Assembly: GCF_009914755.1 (NCBI RefSeq) | Contig: NC_060936.1 | Origin: the human T2T-CHM13v2.0 reference genome, Homo sapiens | Length of the DNA: 64,000 nt | Reading direction: 5' to 3' (one strand) | Shown here: piece after piece, positions 1 through 18,178 of the stretch | Numbering within the stretch: position 1 is the stretch's first letter | Layout: every line of letters begins with the position of its first letter | Position numbers and translations under genes: made by a program | Notes under the pieces: generated by a model | Told to the model about the DNA's origin: nothing | Seen by the model: the letters and a program-made list of their open reading frames with translations, nothing else | Database searches by the model: none

Positions 1-99
1 AGCAAAAAGTGGCTATTCTTAATAAACGCTATAAATGCCACGTACAGTTTTCTATACTACAGGTCACTAAAAGAGTGAATTTTAAGTTATAGAATACTT

Positions 100-829
<730 letters not shown>

Positions 830-947
830 CTGAAATTGTATTGGCTTTCATTAAAAAAAAAATACAGGATTGAATGAGACAAAATGTCATTCATTTTGTA
901 TACACAATTTAACTAATAATTAATAATTTTTAAAATACCAAAAAATT

Positions 948-1253
<306 letters not shown>

Positions 1254-1485
1254 TTACTAGGTGTTATAAAATAGATGAAGAAAAATAGATACAATTAAAG
1301 GTCATAAAAGGCAATAATTAAATAACCTTTTCCATGAAACAGTCAGACTTTGATCTGCAAACACAAGGAATTATATAATATAACATAATATTATATTATA
1401 TTAACATTGTGAGAAGGCATCAAAAGTCCCCAAGCTTAAACAGCTTACTGCAAATGACCACTTTTATTGAAATTAAACAGAATAC

Positions 1486-1598
1486 CTTTATTGATGAGAA
1501 ATCATAAAGGAAGCAACACCAAGCATGGCAAGTGTTCCCATTATCATTGGTTGTATATGCTCTAACTTCCAACACATTATCAAACTTCCAACACTGAT
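1486..1598 (-). pseudogene. Pseudo-exon, repeat 4 pore-exit/S6-like segment
   Basis: Acceptor ttttatag and donor AAG/gtattc. Frames give DNVLEVRAYTT, then MIMGTLAMLGV, then FSSIK, resembling KCNH S6 ([28 protein letters not shown]). The FSSIK frame splices in phase with the C-linker frame of the 829 exon. Confidence 0.5.
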
Positions 1599-1610
1599 CT
1601 ATAAAATCTA

Positions 1611-1883
1611 AGGCCGAAGTGGGTGGATCACGAGGTCAGGAGATAGAGACCATCCTGGTTAACACGGCGAAACCCCGTCTCTACTAAAAATACAAAAAAA
1701 AAAAAAAAAAAATTAGCTGGGCATAGTGACACGCGCCTGTAGCCCCAGCTACTTGGTAGGCTGAGGCAGGAGAATCTGGGAGGCAGAGGTTGCAGTCAGC
1801 CGAGATCGCACCACTGCACTCCAGCAGCCTAGGTGACAGAGCGAGATTCTGTCAAAAATAAACCAAAAAAAAAAAAACAAAAA
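1611..1883 (+). mobile_element. Alu (Sc8/Y-like), 5'-truncated
   Basis: Starts at aggccgaagtgggtggatcacgaggtcaggagat; expanded middle A-tract; A-rich tail. Confidence 0.9.
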
Positions 1884-1949
1884 GCATAATCTTTAGACAC
1901 TGTTGTTTAAACAAATACAGACTAAACAACAGAAAATTCTTCCAAACAC

Positions 1950-2085
1950 CCACATCATCAAATTCACATCAAATAATGTGAGGACTTATCATTTCATATT
2001 ACAGGAAGATGGTAACTCCTCTCTGCGTATTACTAATATTGTATCTGTATATTCTTCAAATGTAAAGCAAATCCAATTTTTTGGC
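1950..2085 (-). pseudogene. Pseudo-exon remnant, repeat 4 S2 and S2-S3 linker
   Basis: Single frame from 2076: LDLLYI*RIYRYNISNTQRGVTIFL*YEMISPH, like CNG S2 ([21 protein letters not shown]). Confidence 0.45.
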
Positions 2086-2799
2086 TCACATATATTTAAT
2101 AGTTTTTGTCATTTAAATGTACTTATTTAACAATATACTGTATGCCTAATATGTGTGGAGCACTATTGAATTAAACATATAGGAAGCAAAACATTAGTTA
2201 TATGTTATAGTCCATGTGTTATTACAGCATGATGAAAACATTGAATAAAATTGCTGTTTCTGGGGGAAATCTAAAACAGAAAAAAATAAAACTATGGTAT
2301 TTTTACATAATACTAGTTAATTTCCATATTATAGAGAAGTTTGAGCTCTTTCCATGACAACCAACATTAATATACAACTAGTCTACACAATATTTTGTAA
2401 TATATATTTAGTATAATGTAATAAAAATGCAGAAAGCAATGAAGTGAAATAAAAGATTATCTTCAAGGCATAACACCATGATTTAAAGCTGATTTCCCAA
2501 TGGGAAAAATGGAAGCCAGAAAAAAAAAAAGAACTAATATTTTCTCAGAAGGGTAGAATAAAGAAGAAAAGAACCTTGCCAAACCTAAACAAACTAAAAG
2601 AACCCTGCTAAACTAAAATTCTATATAAAGTTGGAATATGTTTCAAGAATTAAGTTGGTATAAACACATTTTAAAACACAAAGCAAGATTAACATAATTT
2701 ATTAAAAGAAAGCTCACACTAAAGAATGGTTTTTCATAAAGAAAAAGAAAAATGATCCCAGGAGAAAAAAATGAAAACTGAGATTCCCTAAGAGAAATT

Positions 2800-5700
2800 C
2801 TGAACTTAAATTTGGTACCTTACCAGTTGGATCTAATAGACATCTACAGAGTACTCCACCCATCAACCACAGAGTATACCTTCTCTGCAAATGGAACATA
2901 CAACAAGCTTGACCTAATGCTCAGCCATAAAGCAAGTCTCAATAAATTAAAAAAATAGAAATAATATAAATCATACTCTTGGACCACAGTGGAATAAAAA
3001 TAGAAATCAGTACCAAGAAGATCTCTGAAGACCACACAATTACACGGAAATTAAACAACTTGCTCCAGAATGACATTTGGGTAAACAATGAAACTAAGAA
3101 GTAAAAAAAAAAAAAAAAAAAAAAATTCAAATACATGAAAACATAGACACAATATAACAAAATCTCTGGGATACAGCATAAGCAACGTTAAGAGGCAAGT
3201 ATATAAGGTGCTAAATGGCAACATCAGAAAATTAGAAATATCTCAAATGAGTGATCTAAATTCACACTCAGAGGAACTAGAAAAACAAGAACAAATGAAC
3301 TCCAAAGCAAGCAGAAAAAAAGAAATAACTAAAATCAGAACCAAAATGAATAAAATTGAGACTCAAATATCCATACAAAGAGTCAATAAATTGAAAAGTT
3401 GTTTTTTTGAAAGGATAAACAAAGTAGAAAGATGGTAGCTAGGTTAATGAAGAAACAAAGAGTGAGGGTCCAAGTAAGCACACTCAGAAATCACAAAGGT
3501 AACATCACAGCTGCCCTCACAGAAATACAAAAGCTTCTCAGAGACTATTATGAAAACCTCTATAGACACAAATTAGAAAATCTAGAGGAAATGTATAAAT
3601 TCCAGGAATCGTACAACCTCTCAAGATAGAATCAGGATGAAATTGAACCCTGAAGAGATCAATATTGTATATTGAAATTCGATCAGTAATAAAAAACCTA
3701 CCAACCAAACAAAGTCCTGGACGAGATAAATTCATAGCTAAATTCTACCAGAAATATAAAAAAGATCTGGGGCCAATTCTACCAAAACTACTCCAAAAAA
3801 AAAAAAAAGTAAAGAAAAGAATGGGTGACGCTTCCCTAACACATTCTATGAAGCCAGCATCACTCTGATACCAAAATCTGGCAAGAACACAATGAATAAA
3901 AATAACTACAGGCCAATAGGCCAATATCCTCTATGAACACAGATCCCAAAATTCTCAATAGTAGCAAGCTGAACACAACAGCACATCAAAAGTTATTTCA
4001 CCATGATCAAGTAGGCTTCATTTCTGGGATGCAAGTTTTGTTCAATACATGCAAATCAGTAACTACAATTCATCACATAAGCAGAATTAAAAACAAAAAC
4101 CATATGATCATTTCTCTGGATGTAGAAAAAGCTTTCAATAAAAATCTGACATCTTTTCATGATAAAAACTCCAAGAAACTAGGCATCAAAGTAACTACCT
4201 CAAATAATAAGAGACATCTGTGACAAACCAATAGCGAACATCATACTGAATGGGCAAACACTGGAAGTTTCCCCTTGAGAACGGGAACAAAACAGGGAGG
4301 TCCACTCTTACCTCTCCTATTCAACATAATATTGGAAGTTCTTGCCACACCAGTCTGGCAAAAGAAAGAATTAAAAGGCATTCAAATAGGAAAAAAAATC
4401 AAACTACCTCCCTTCACTGATGATATGACTCTGTACCTAGAAAACTTTAAAGGCATCATCAAAAGGCTTCTGGAATTGATAAACAACTTCAGTAAATTTG
4501 CAGGACAAAAAAATCAATGTACACAAATTAGTACATTTGTCTACACCAACTGTGTTCAAGCCGAAGCCCAAATCAAGGATGCAATCTCATTTAAAAAATA
4601 ATAATAAATGTCTAGAAATACATCTAATGAATGAGTGAAAGACCTCTGCAAGAAGTACTGCAAAACATTGATGGAAGAAATCATAGATGACACAAACAAA
4701 TGGAAAAACATTCCATGTTTATGAATTGAAAGAATCAATATCATTGAAATGGCTATACTGCTCAAAACAATCTACAGATTCAATGCTATTCCTATCCAGC
4801 TACCAATATTATTTTTCACAGTACTAGAAAGGAATATTCTAAAATTCAGATGGAACCAAAAAGAAGCTTGAATAGCCAAAACAATCCTAAGCAAAAAAGA
4901 ACAGAGCTGGAGGCATCACACTAACTAACTTGTAAACTATATGATAAGGTTACAATAATAAAAGCAGCATGGTACTGGTAGAAAAACAGACACATAAACC
5001 AAGGGAACAGAATAGAGAACAGAGATATGAAGCCACACACCTACAGCCATCTCATTTTCAACCAAGTAAACAAAAATAAGCAGTGAAGAAAGGAATTTCT
5101 ATTCAATAAATGTTGCTGAGCTAGCTGGCTAGCCATATGTAGAAGAATGAAACTGGACCCCTACCTTTCAGTATATAGAAAAATGAACTCAAGATGGGTT
5201 AAAGATTTAAATGTAAGAGCTCAAACTCCAAGACTCCTAAAAGAAAACCTAAGAAATACCATTCTGGACAGCAACCTTGGGAAAAATTTATGACTAAGCC
5301 CTGAAGAGCAATGGCAAGAAAAACAAAATTTGATGTGAGACCTAATTAAACTAAATAGTTTCTGCATAGCAAAAAAAACTATCAACAGAGTAAACAGACA
5401 CCCTACAAAAAGGGAGAAAATATTTGTAAACTACGCATCTTATGAAGGACTAATATCCAGAATCTATGAGGAACTTAAATCAAGAAGCAAAAACAAATAA
5501 TCTCATTAAAATGGATATAGGCATGTACAGACATGTCTCAAAAAAAGACAAATAAGTGGCAGACAGACATATGAATAAATAGTCAACATCACTAATTATC
5601 ATAGAAATGCAAGTCAAAACCACAATGAGATACCATCTCATACCAGTGAGAATGACTATCATTAAAAAGTCAAAAAACAACAGATGCTGGCAAGACTGCA

Positions 5701-6336
5701 GAGGAAAGGGAATGCTTATACACTGTTGTTGGGAATATAAATTAGTTCAGTCATTGTGGAAAGAAATTTGGAGACTTCTCAAAGAACTTACAACTATCAT
5801 TCTATCTACCAATCCCATTACTGGGTACATATCCAAAGGAAAATAAATTGTTCTACCAAAAAGACACATTCGCTCATATGTTCATCACAGTACTATTTAT
5901 AATAGCAAAGACATGGAATCAACCTAGGTGCCCAACGATGGTGAATTGGATAAAGAAAATATGGTACATACACAACATGGAATATCATACAGCCATAAAA
6001 ATTAATGAGATTGTGCTCTTTGCAGCAATGTGGATGCAGCTGGAGGCCATTAACCTCAGCAGATTATCGCAGGAACAGAAAACCAAATACAGCCTATATA
6101 ATTGGGAGCTAAACATTGGGTAGTCATTGACATAAATATGGCAACAATAAATACTGGGGATTCCCAGAAGGGTTACGGAGGGAAGGGGACAAGTATTGGG
6201 AAACTGTTTGATATTACACTGAGTACCTGGCAACAGGATCAACTGTGCCCCAAACATCAATGTCATGTAATATACCCATGTGACAAATCTGCACATGTAA
6301 CTCCAGGACGTAAAATAAAATTTAAATTATAAAAAA
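2800..6336 (+). mobile_element. 5'-truncated LINE-1 (L1PA15-17/L1PB-type), degraded ORF2 and 3' UTR
   Basis: ORF2 peptides incl. RTGTKQGGPLLPLLFNII..FTDD (RT) and C-terminal [10 protein letters not shown]; older-primate 3' UTR ending aaaataaaatttaaattataaaaaa. Confidence 0.93.
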
Positions 6337-6539
6337 TGAAAGTTAAGGTAGAAATAATAATGAAGTAGAATCAATATATTATATATAGAATCAACAAGTA
6401 TTGAAGTTATTTCTTCGAATAAATAGGACATTTAGGGAAAAGGCCCCTCTGTTTAGATAGGTCACATAAAAGCAGAAAGGTAGAATATAATGAATTAAAA
6501 AAATATAGATTTACAGACAATAAAGGGCCAGTTACCCAC

Positions 6540-7240
6540 TACCTTCATTCATTACAAAAATGCAAAATAAAACTACAATAAGATTCTACCAAATAGTAAA
6601 ATTAGAAAGTTTGGTAATACCAAACATTGGTGAAGATGTGGAGCAACTGGAACTCTGACACCCTGATAATGGGAGTTTATAACTATTTTGAAAAATTGTT
6701 TTGCAATTTTTTATAAAAATTGATGTACTTCTACCCTCTTATTTAGCCATTAAACTCCTAGGTTTTTACTCATGATACAAAAAATACATCCTCAACAAAA
6801 TTTCACAAACATTTTTATAACAGCTTTATTTATGATAATTTAAAAGATCTGTCAACAGGAGAGTAAAAAGGAAATTGTGGAAAAAATTACCTAATAGAGT
6901 GCTAACAACAAAACAGATAAATTTCAACAAGGATTTTCAGCAAAAGAAACCAGATACTATTACATAAGAGTATTTAGTGTTTAATTCCATTTATAGATAG
7001 TTCAAGAATAGGCAAAACTGAGCTAAAGTGACAGAAATCAGAACTATGGTTGCAGTGATTGAATAAAAGGTTGTATTAGGGAACTTACTTTGGTAACAAA
7101 ACTATTCTATATCTTTGCCAGATAGTGGTTATATGGGTGCATACATTATTCAAAAGTCATTGAGGTTTGCATTTATAATCTATAGATTTTACTTCATGTA
7201 AATTATACCTTAAAATTAGTTCATTATATAGAAATAAAAA
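6540..7240 (+). mobile_element. Old L1M (MD/ME-type) 3' end fragment
   Basis: caaacattggtgaagatgtggagcaactggaactc and ttccatttata..ttcaagaataggcaaaact motifs of mammalian L1 3' ends. Confidence 0.75.
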
Positions 7241-7599
7241 GAAAAAAAAGCAATGTTATTTTTCACTAAGGAGAACAGGAGATAAAACAGATATTCTCTC
7301 AGTAAAACTAAAGAATCTCACAAAGACACATGCCTAAATAAATGATCACTCTTCTCTTGGCCCATTTACCAAACTGACGTGTGCAGGTGGATGGAGAAAT
7401 TACCTTTAGACTCAACTAAAAAGAAAAAAACTTGCATCCATTCAAGTTCATTGAAGACTGAGAGCTCATGTTTCTTAAACTTTTGGTTTCTAGAGTACAG
7501 CTTCAGTATGGAAATATTTTAAAGGAGGAAAAGTTTTATGGCCACATGCACACCAAATAAGTCAATAAAACACGTGTATGATACAGGTACTTAAGCACT

Positions 7600-7845
7600 T
7601 AAATAATTCTCTCAGAAGACAGACTAATTGCAAAATAGCAAGTGACAAAGTCACTTATTTTGTTTTATACAGGACTTTCAACCTGAATCCTGTGAATATC
7701 AGTGTACCTCAATGCAAACTGATGATTTGACTTGTAACAGCTGAACTTCAACATTTCTTTTGGGCAGTAATTAGATAGCAAGGTCAACTTTCTGTTTAGG
7801 GCAATCACTGCATGACAAGAATGAAATATTTTTTTAAAGCTTTCT
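7600..7845 (-). pseudogene. Pseudo-exon, repeat 3 distal C-linker/CNBD start
   Basis: Joining frames gives MQ*LP / KQKVDLAI / PKEMLK / VQLLQVKSSVCI, like CNGB1 MVQLPDKMRLDLAI...VSKVALFQ. Confidence 0.55.
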
Positions 7846-7864
7846 AGAGCATAAATTTGAAAAA

Positions 7865-11615
<3,751 letters not shown>

Positions 11616-11759
11616 GGTACAGAATAATAAAGATTTTTGTTAACTCAGAAATGATCTATGATTCATTTATTTATATCAAGAAAGCTATATAAAGTATATG
11701 GTGAATGATTAAGATCTTGCAATAACACTGAGAAAGAAAAAAATAATAATATACATAGT

Positions 11760-12283
11760 ACCTTACATGGAATCTGAGCTCTGGATATCACTAATGTAAA
11801 TTTAGGAAGCAAAACCACACATTCTGTTTTGTTCTATGTTGTTAGGTCAACCTGTCTGCCAGTTGAAACCCAATAAAATATAAATAATACATCTAAGGAT
11901 CTGTATCTTCTAGGAGTCTCTAGTGTTTAAAAATAGTATGTGTCCTTTGGGATTAGTGTATATCACTATATGGCTCATGAAATTCAATTAATATCTATGG
12001 CATACCATGGAGTCTGTGCCTGAAAGGCACTATAAATTCAAGTCATTATATTTATTTCAAAATGGCTAAAGGACACTGCAGAATAAAGCATTGTGTGTAC
12101 TTCAAAAACAGAGCAAAAGGCTGGGCAGAATGTTGAAATACTTCAAAGAAGAGACAACAACTTAAGAAAGACTCATCTCTATGATTCTGTCAGGGGTATA
12201 GAAAATGGGGACTCTTTTCCTTGAAATTTTTATGTTTAATATGGCAAAATTTATTAATTAATGACTTTGCCATCAGTATGCTT
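11760..12283 (-). pseudogene. Pseudo-exon(s), repeat 3 S1-S3
   Basis: Acceptor tgtttttgtag near 12284. Frames give TMLYSAVSFSHFEINIMT*IY, then TDSM / YAIDI / LNFMSHIVIYTNPKGHIL (like hERG [25 protein letters not shown]), then RRYRSLDVLFIF (S3-like). Confidence 0.58.
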
Positions 12284-13009
12284 CTACAAAAACACACACA
12301 GCTATTCAGCCAAAATGAATAGAGAAATAAATAAATAAATAACTTTCTAGAGAGTCGTCCATTTCATTTATGTCAATTTCTTTTTTTTAATTTTTTTATA
12401 CTAATTTAACTGTTAAATAGTTACAACTGTTTTGTCTTTAAACTAAATTAGTTTAAGAATATTGCCTACCATTGTTGCATTATTATGATGTAGGCATTTA
12501 ACCAAATATTAGGAGAATACTTTTCCATATTAAGTATAAATTTAAAAATTGATATTAACTATAGAAAAATTATGTTTATTTGAGAGCAAATCATATATTC
12601 AGAATGTATCTCAAAATATGAAAGGCCCTAATATAACTGCTGTGTAATAAATTATATGTAACAGTTTTTCAAACAGCAAAATTTAAATTAACTTATATTT
12701 TTAAATTACATATTAAAATTCATAAAGGGAAAAGTAAAAGATGGAAATAAAAATATTAAATATACAAGAGTAAGAAAATATTAATTCTAACATTTTGATG
12801 ACAATTATTTGAAAGTTCATTAAAATATACTTTCTACTATTGTATATATTTTAAAAATTCCACAACTAAGAAAGATTATAGATGGACTTAATTAAGATGG
12901 GTAATATAGTAAAATATAAGGAAGTCTAAAATTATGTTATTATCATATACTGTACAAGACTATATAAAACACTAGAATTTTTGTCTGCAATATTCTATAA
13001 TGTACTTAC

Positions 13010-13423
13010 CTACCATATTTTGGGTGACTACTGAGGTCCAATTAAATATTTGCTGCTTTAATTAATGTGTATGCCTTCAAATTGTTTTTCTAAATAACAA
13101 ATAGTTATTATTTATTGATATACAGAAAAAGTTGAATGTACTTGTCATTCTGTTTTTATTCTCAAACAGTACTTTTCTAAGTGGTCTTATGCGTTTTGAC
13201 AAGGTCATTTACCAACTTGCATGATTTGCTAGGACTACAATATTAAACTGATTTAAGCCCATTTTGACTCAGTTTCATTTTTGTCATGTTCAGAAAGAAA
13301 ATATCTTTTATTAATTATATTTTTTCCCAAGACTGAGAAAATTATGTCTCTATACTTCTCATGGGTGACAGCTTTTATTTTCTTCCTGAGTGTATATTGT
13401 GTCATTTTGAACAATTAGATTTA
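13010..13423 (-). pseudogene. Pseudo-exons, repeat 2 C-linker/CNBD start
   Basis: Strong acceptor ctttttttccttctag (exon starts 13423). Reads EV*RHNFLSLGKKYN, then LVNDLV / KRIRPLRKVLFEN (like CNGA LKKVRIF, HCN PLFAN). A separate 80-nt exon 13089-13010 has donor TAG/gtaagt and is closed in all frames. Confidence 0.5.
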
Positions 13424-13498
13424 CTAGAAGGAAAAAAAAGTGGCAAAAAGAAAAAGAAAACTGTGGCAGAAGATAGATGAGATTGAAAATGTGTATTT

Positions 13499-13838
13499 CA
13501 GGGGTCCCCACCTCCTGGGATGTGGACTGGTACCAGTCCATAGCCTGCTAGGAACCGGGTGGGCCGCACAGCAGGAGGTGAGTGGCAGTGAGCCTGCATT
13601 ACTACCTGAGCTCCTCCTCCCGTCAGATCAGCGGTGGCATTAGATTCTCATAGGAGAGCAAACCCTACTGTGAAGTGTACATGCGAGTGATCTAGGTTGC
13701 GCACTCTTATGAAAATCTAACTAATGCCTGATGATCTAAGGTGGAATAGTTTGATCCTGAAACCAACCCCCTTACTTCCCCACCTTCCACGCCCCCGGTC
13801 TGTGGAAAAATTGTCTTCCACAAAATGGGTCCCTGGTG
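13499..13838 (+). mobile_element. MER1B-like hAT-Charlie DNA transposon
   Basis: caggggtcccc start; cagatcagcggtggcattagattctcatagga and gtggaaaaattgtcttccacaaaa motifs; right terminus truncated. Confidence 0.88.
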
Positions 13839-14689
13839 TATGTGAGAGAGAGGTAAATATAATGTATGTATTACATAGATACTAGGAAAAATCCCTTCAG
13901 CTAACTTGATAACTCTATGAAATTATTAAATCTCTTACTAAATTTTGGATACTACTATAGGAATTCAAATAATTTCTTTTTGTATCCTAATTATATATTT
14001 GCTATTTGATTCATGATTATCTCCAGAACATTAAATCATGACATATAAGTTCCAGAAAACATCCATAAGTCACTCTGGAATATTTTTAAAAAGAAAATAA
14101 TTAAAAAGAGTTGAGGCAGCTATAAACATTTATTTTTGCATACTTAATTTCAAAATATGATGAAATATGCCTGAAAACATATCATAAAACAATGAAATAT
14201 GAAAGATTAGTTATATGAGGAGGAAAGCTTTTGAATTAATTGTCAACATTTAAAAATAAATTAAATAGCTTTCAGGTTTTTGTAAAAGGTCTAGTAATCA
14301 GCCGTATAATGAGAAAACATAATGATCTTTCTATACCAAAATCCTGAGATAAAATTTTTACTCATTTATCTATTTTTCTGATTTAAAAATGTAAAAATGT
14401 GATACACTACATGCAAATTATCAACAAAATTACCAAATATGATTTTAAGGGTTTGAATTATGGTTATAATCTTAAAGCATAGACATTGATCCTTTTTTTT
14501 TTAATTACTTTCTACTGTAAAAAGTGAGCTGGCCAAATACATATTTAAGTATCAGTCTTTCCACCTAATACATTTTAGGATATCACTGTTAACATTTTTA
14601 AAATAAATCATTTTACATTTGCAACCACCAAAAAAATTATCTTACATCTATTTTCATATAATGTCAAGAAAGATTTTTAAAACTTATAT

Positions 14690-15072
14690 ATGTTGTAGGA
14701 TTTCATCTCTAACTCTTCCAATTTTCTGAATGTTCAATCTAAATTTCTCTGAGGCAAACTAAATCTTCTTTTTCAACTCTCACTGGAAAATAGCAGCAAT
14801 AACCATAATACATATATAATATAAATATATGAACATAGAGCAAAAATAACCTTGCTAACCTCTTCTGCAAAAAATAGTAACATGTAAATTGAGAATTACA
14901 ACCTCCAAAGAAAGCATGACAAATAACAGGAGATGCTGAAGTGAAGAATTCTCACACAAACAGTTGAATGACTTGGATTTTCATATTAAGAATAATATTA
15001 AAAATATATTGCCATTTGTTAAGGGAGTAATAGTGAGATGATATATAAATCCATATAAATAAATATTCTAGT
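14690..15072 (-). pseudogene. Pseudo-exon remnant, repeat 2 S1-S2
   Basis: NP / KSF / V*EFFTSASPVI (PxSxF...WE pattern, TGG>TGA); hydrophobic GYFCSMFIYLYYICIMVIAAIF; then VRVEKEDLVCLREI. Weakest of the four repeats. Confidence 0.35.
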
Positions 15073-15506
15073 CTGTATTGCTGTTTTATCTTTATCATAA
15101 TCAATGACTCAACAGAAAAAAATAATATAAGAATATTTTCCTGTACAGTCAATGTGTACCAATCTGATCTTTCATTTATTTTATCTCTCATGTACCTTAG
15201 TTTGAAAGAGTGTCCTGGCTAGCAGAAACAAGCATTTTAGTCTTCTGAATAGGCATATTTTCCACTATATTTCTGACACATTATCATTCTACTTTGGTTA
15301 ACATTTATCAAGCAAAATAAAATTGATTGAAATAAAATGTAACCATTGCTCATAGTGTCCAATCTCATCTGCAATGTCCTAGAATGACTTAGGTAAAGAT
15401 TGGCAGCCATTTCTACTCAGCCAGTTAACAGATTTCTGAGAAACTGCATCTGACCAGGCAAACAAAACGAAATTACGTGACTCAACAGGTATTGAGGTAA
15501 ACTCAC

Positions 15507-15768
15507 ATACAATTTTTAGAAAGACACGAATTAAAAATGTAGTAAATATTCAGATAAAAATCATCTGAATTCAAGATTTGTAGAAAAAACTGAGGAAACC
15601 TTGTAAAATGCATGTCATTTATCTACCATTTCTACAATCAGGAGAGAGATTTCATGATAATTATATAAAGGGAACCGCACTATTTTCTTTGTATTGGTAC
15701 ACCAGATCCATGTGTATTTGGACTCCTTAACTGTCAAGTCACTATGATATGACAGAAAGTTCTCATTT
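15507..15768 (-). pseudogene. Pseudo-exon, repeat 1 CNBD
   Basis: Acceptor tttatcctag and donor TAT/gtgagt (15506-15501). Reads NENFL / QLRSPNTHGSGVPIQRK*CGSLYII (like [25 protein letters not shown]), then LQILNSDDF (like LFCLSKDDL). The FGE phosphate-binding cassette is not recognisable. Confidence 0.55.
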
Positions 15769-16229
15769 CTAGGATAAACTAAGAAAAATATTGATCATTC
15801 ATGATAATTCCAGAGCTTTTCTTCTATTTGACTTATATAGTGTAATATTAATAAGATCAATATGAGAATTAGAATGTACATGTGTTATCATTCTGACTGT
15901 ATTAAAACTAAATAAAATATACTTAGAATGATCAGGTTTGTATTATCTGTATTATTTTTGTTTTTCATTGGAATCTAATTGAGAGTATATGTTATTGCAA
16001 GATAGAATGTCTTCATTTATCATTGTCTATTTTTTTCTTTCTCCTGAAATCTATCAACCCTCTCTTAGAAGCTCTTCAACCAAATTGAATTGAATAAACC
16101 ATCTCTAAAGTTTGATGTAAAATGTCACACAACTGCCTTTTTGCTCTAACATTGAAAGAAAGTTTGGTTTTTCAGTAGCAAGTTATACCAGAAATGGTAC
16201 AGAAATGAAAGTTTTCTAATATACTTATG

Positions 16230-16403
16230 AATCTATACTGAGTCATATGCAAATGATGTTATGTTCAATGCTGTGTTGGAATGCACATGTACTCAAGTTA
16301 AACATACATTATCAATTTTCACAGGCAATTTGCATCAACCACTTCCAGACTCAGTTACATTATTGTGTGAGGCACATTGATCTTAGTCATGTGTTATGAT
16401 ATT
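16230..16403 (-). pseudogene. Pseudo-exon, repeat 1 C-linker
   Basis: [11 protein letters not shown], one frameshift, then CN*VWKW (TGA plausibly from CGA Arg), like CNGA1 QYMHFRNVSKDMEKRVIKW. Confidence 0.55.
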
Positions 16404-16421
16404 CTAATAACAATGTACATA

Positions 16422-16709
16422 TTTTTTGAAAGGGGATCTTACTCTGTCGCCCAGACTGGAGTGCAGTGGTGCAATCTTGACTCACTGCAACCTCTTTCTC
16501 CTGGGTTCAAGCAATTGTCTTGCCTCAGCCTCCTGAGTAGCTGGGACTACAGGTGTGTGCCACCACATCTGGCTAATTTTTGTATTTTTACTAGAGACAA
16601 GGTTTCACCATGTTGGCCAGGCTGGTCTTGAACTCCTGACTTCAGGTGATCTGCCTGCCTCAGCCTCCCAAAATGCTGGGATTACAGGCGTGAGCCACTG
16701 TGACCAGCC
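16422..16709 (-). mobile_element. AluSx/Sz
   Basis: Reverse Alu consensus with ttcaggtgatc; TSD tctaata(a/g)caat. Confidence 0.93.
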
Positions 16710-16949
16710 TCTAATAGCAATATTTTAATGTAAGTTATCTGTTATGAATTTTACCAATTACTGAGAAGTGTGAATGAAAAACTCATCAAGTTCAATCCAC
16801 TGCAGTACAATAGCCATTGCAAAAAGAAAGAAAAAAAGAAATAAGCTTTTAAGCACTCTCTAGAAATCTCAGAAGTAGAATGAAAAAGAGGAGAGAAAAC
16901 ATATCTGTTTTGTATTCTGGAAAACATGTTGACTTTAACACCACCTATT

Positions 16950-17790
16950 TTGGAAAAAGATAAATCAGATTAGGAGACCACTCATTAAGTATTTTTAAAT
17001 GGATTTATATTTATAAATTTCATTTGAAGCGTTCAAGAGAAATAATGCTGGATAAATGTGATTATACATTCTTAGGTTTCTGTGATTTTGGTGAAAGTTT
17101 CAACGGAATGTTGGAATCATTTCACATATGTGCCTCCTGTTATCTATGGATGATACTGCTAATTTATTACAGCTTTCTTTTCCAAAGAGTACATATTTGA
17201 CCTTACAATTTTTTTCAATGTAGTATTTGGGGCAATTGCTGTAAAAAAAATGAGAATTGGCATTCAAGATAAAAACCATCCGCCATCCTTAGTCTGGTAC
17301 CAAAGAAGTATGAATGATCAAGTGAAAGTGCAATATTCAAGTGAGGTCTAGAGATCTCACAAAACCTGATTTTGCAATGATGCAAATGCTATGTCAGTTT
17401 TCTAAATGGAAGTTCTGCTATCTGAAGAGATATGACAATAAATTTGTTATTAGTGAGCAGAAATATTCCTAGAAGGGAGGAGATTGGTTATGGCTTTTAA
17501 CTGGGACAGACTACACAACCCTTCTCATTGAGAAAAGATACCACATTTGTAGTATACTTAGCAATACACACATACACACACACAATTCTTCTTCACTGCA
17601 TTTCAGGCTTTTGGAAGATCCAAATTGTTATTAAATTGCCTTTCTCTATTACCATGTATGAAATAGAGGCCCCAGTCATTTTAACCAGAAAGTATAGTAG
17701 ATACTGTTGGGTAATAAGAATTTCCAGGCTGCGTTGGTTTTATATTTATAGATTTGGAGGCTGCTGACATTCTAGTTGTTGAGTCACTTT
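16950..17790 (-). pseudogene. Pseudo-exons, repeat 1 S1-S4(-S5)
   Basis: Acceptor ttttttctattttatccag (exon starts 17790): WKFLLPNSIYYTFWLK at 17726-17679, like CNGA1 IDPSGNTYYNWL. Acceptor ctcttcag (starts 17421): DIAFASLQNQVL*DL*TSLE / IALSLD / WYQTKDG (S2). S4-like HQNHRNLRMY near 17093-17064, then KYLMSGLLI. Confidence 0.55.
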
Positions 17791-18178
17791 CTGGATAAAA
17801 TAGAAAAAAAACTAAAAATGGTTCATGTTCTAAAGCAAATAAAACATAACATCCAGTCAGCTTCCTGGGTACTTATTTAAAGATAGCAATACTTCAACTC
17901 AACTCCGCTTATGAAAAGTGGTTAAAGAGAATAAAAGGTCAAGTATAGAACTCTGAGGACAGACAATAAAAAGACTAATAAGAAGTAAGGGAAGAGCATG
18001 TCAAAAGTGTATAAGAGACAATGAACGCTGTAGAGTAAAATATCACCTAATTCTAAGCACATAGAGTGTTTTAAGTGATAAGCAAGAGTTGATCAAGATA
18101 ATGATTGACGTTGCATACATCTTTCCTCCTGACATATCACAATGGATTTTTAAAAATAAATTTATAGGCTTTATTCTC

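Noticed and set aside
7680-7730. IISLH*GTLIFTG read as an S6 helix
   Set aside because: Conflicts with the adjacent LP..DLAI C-linker/CNBD reading; low-information hydrophobic match
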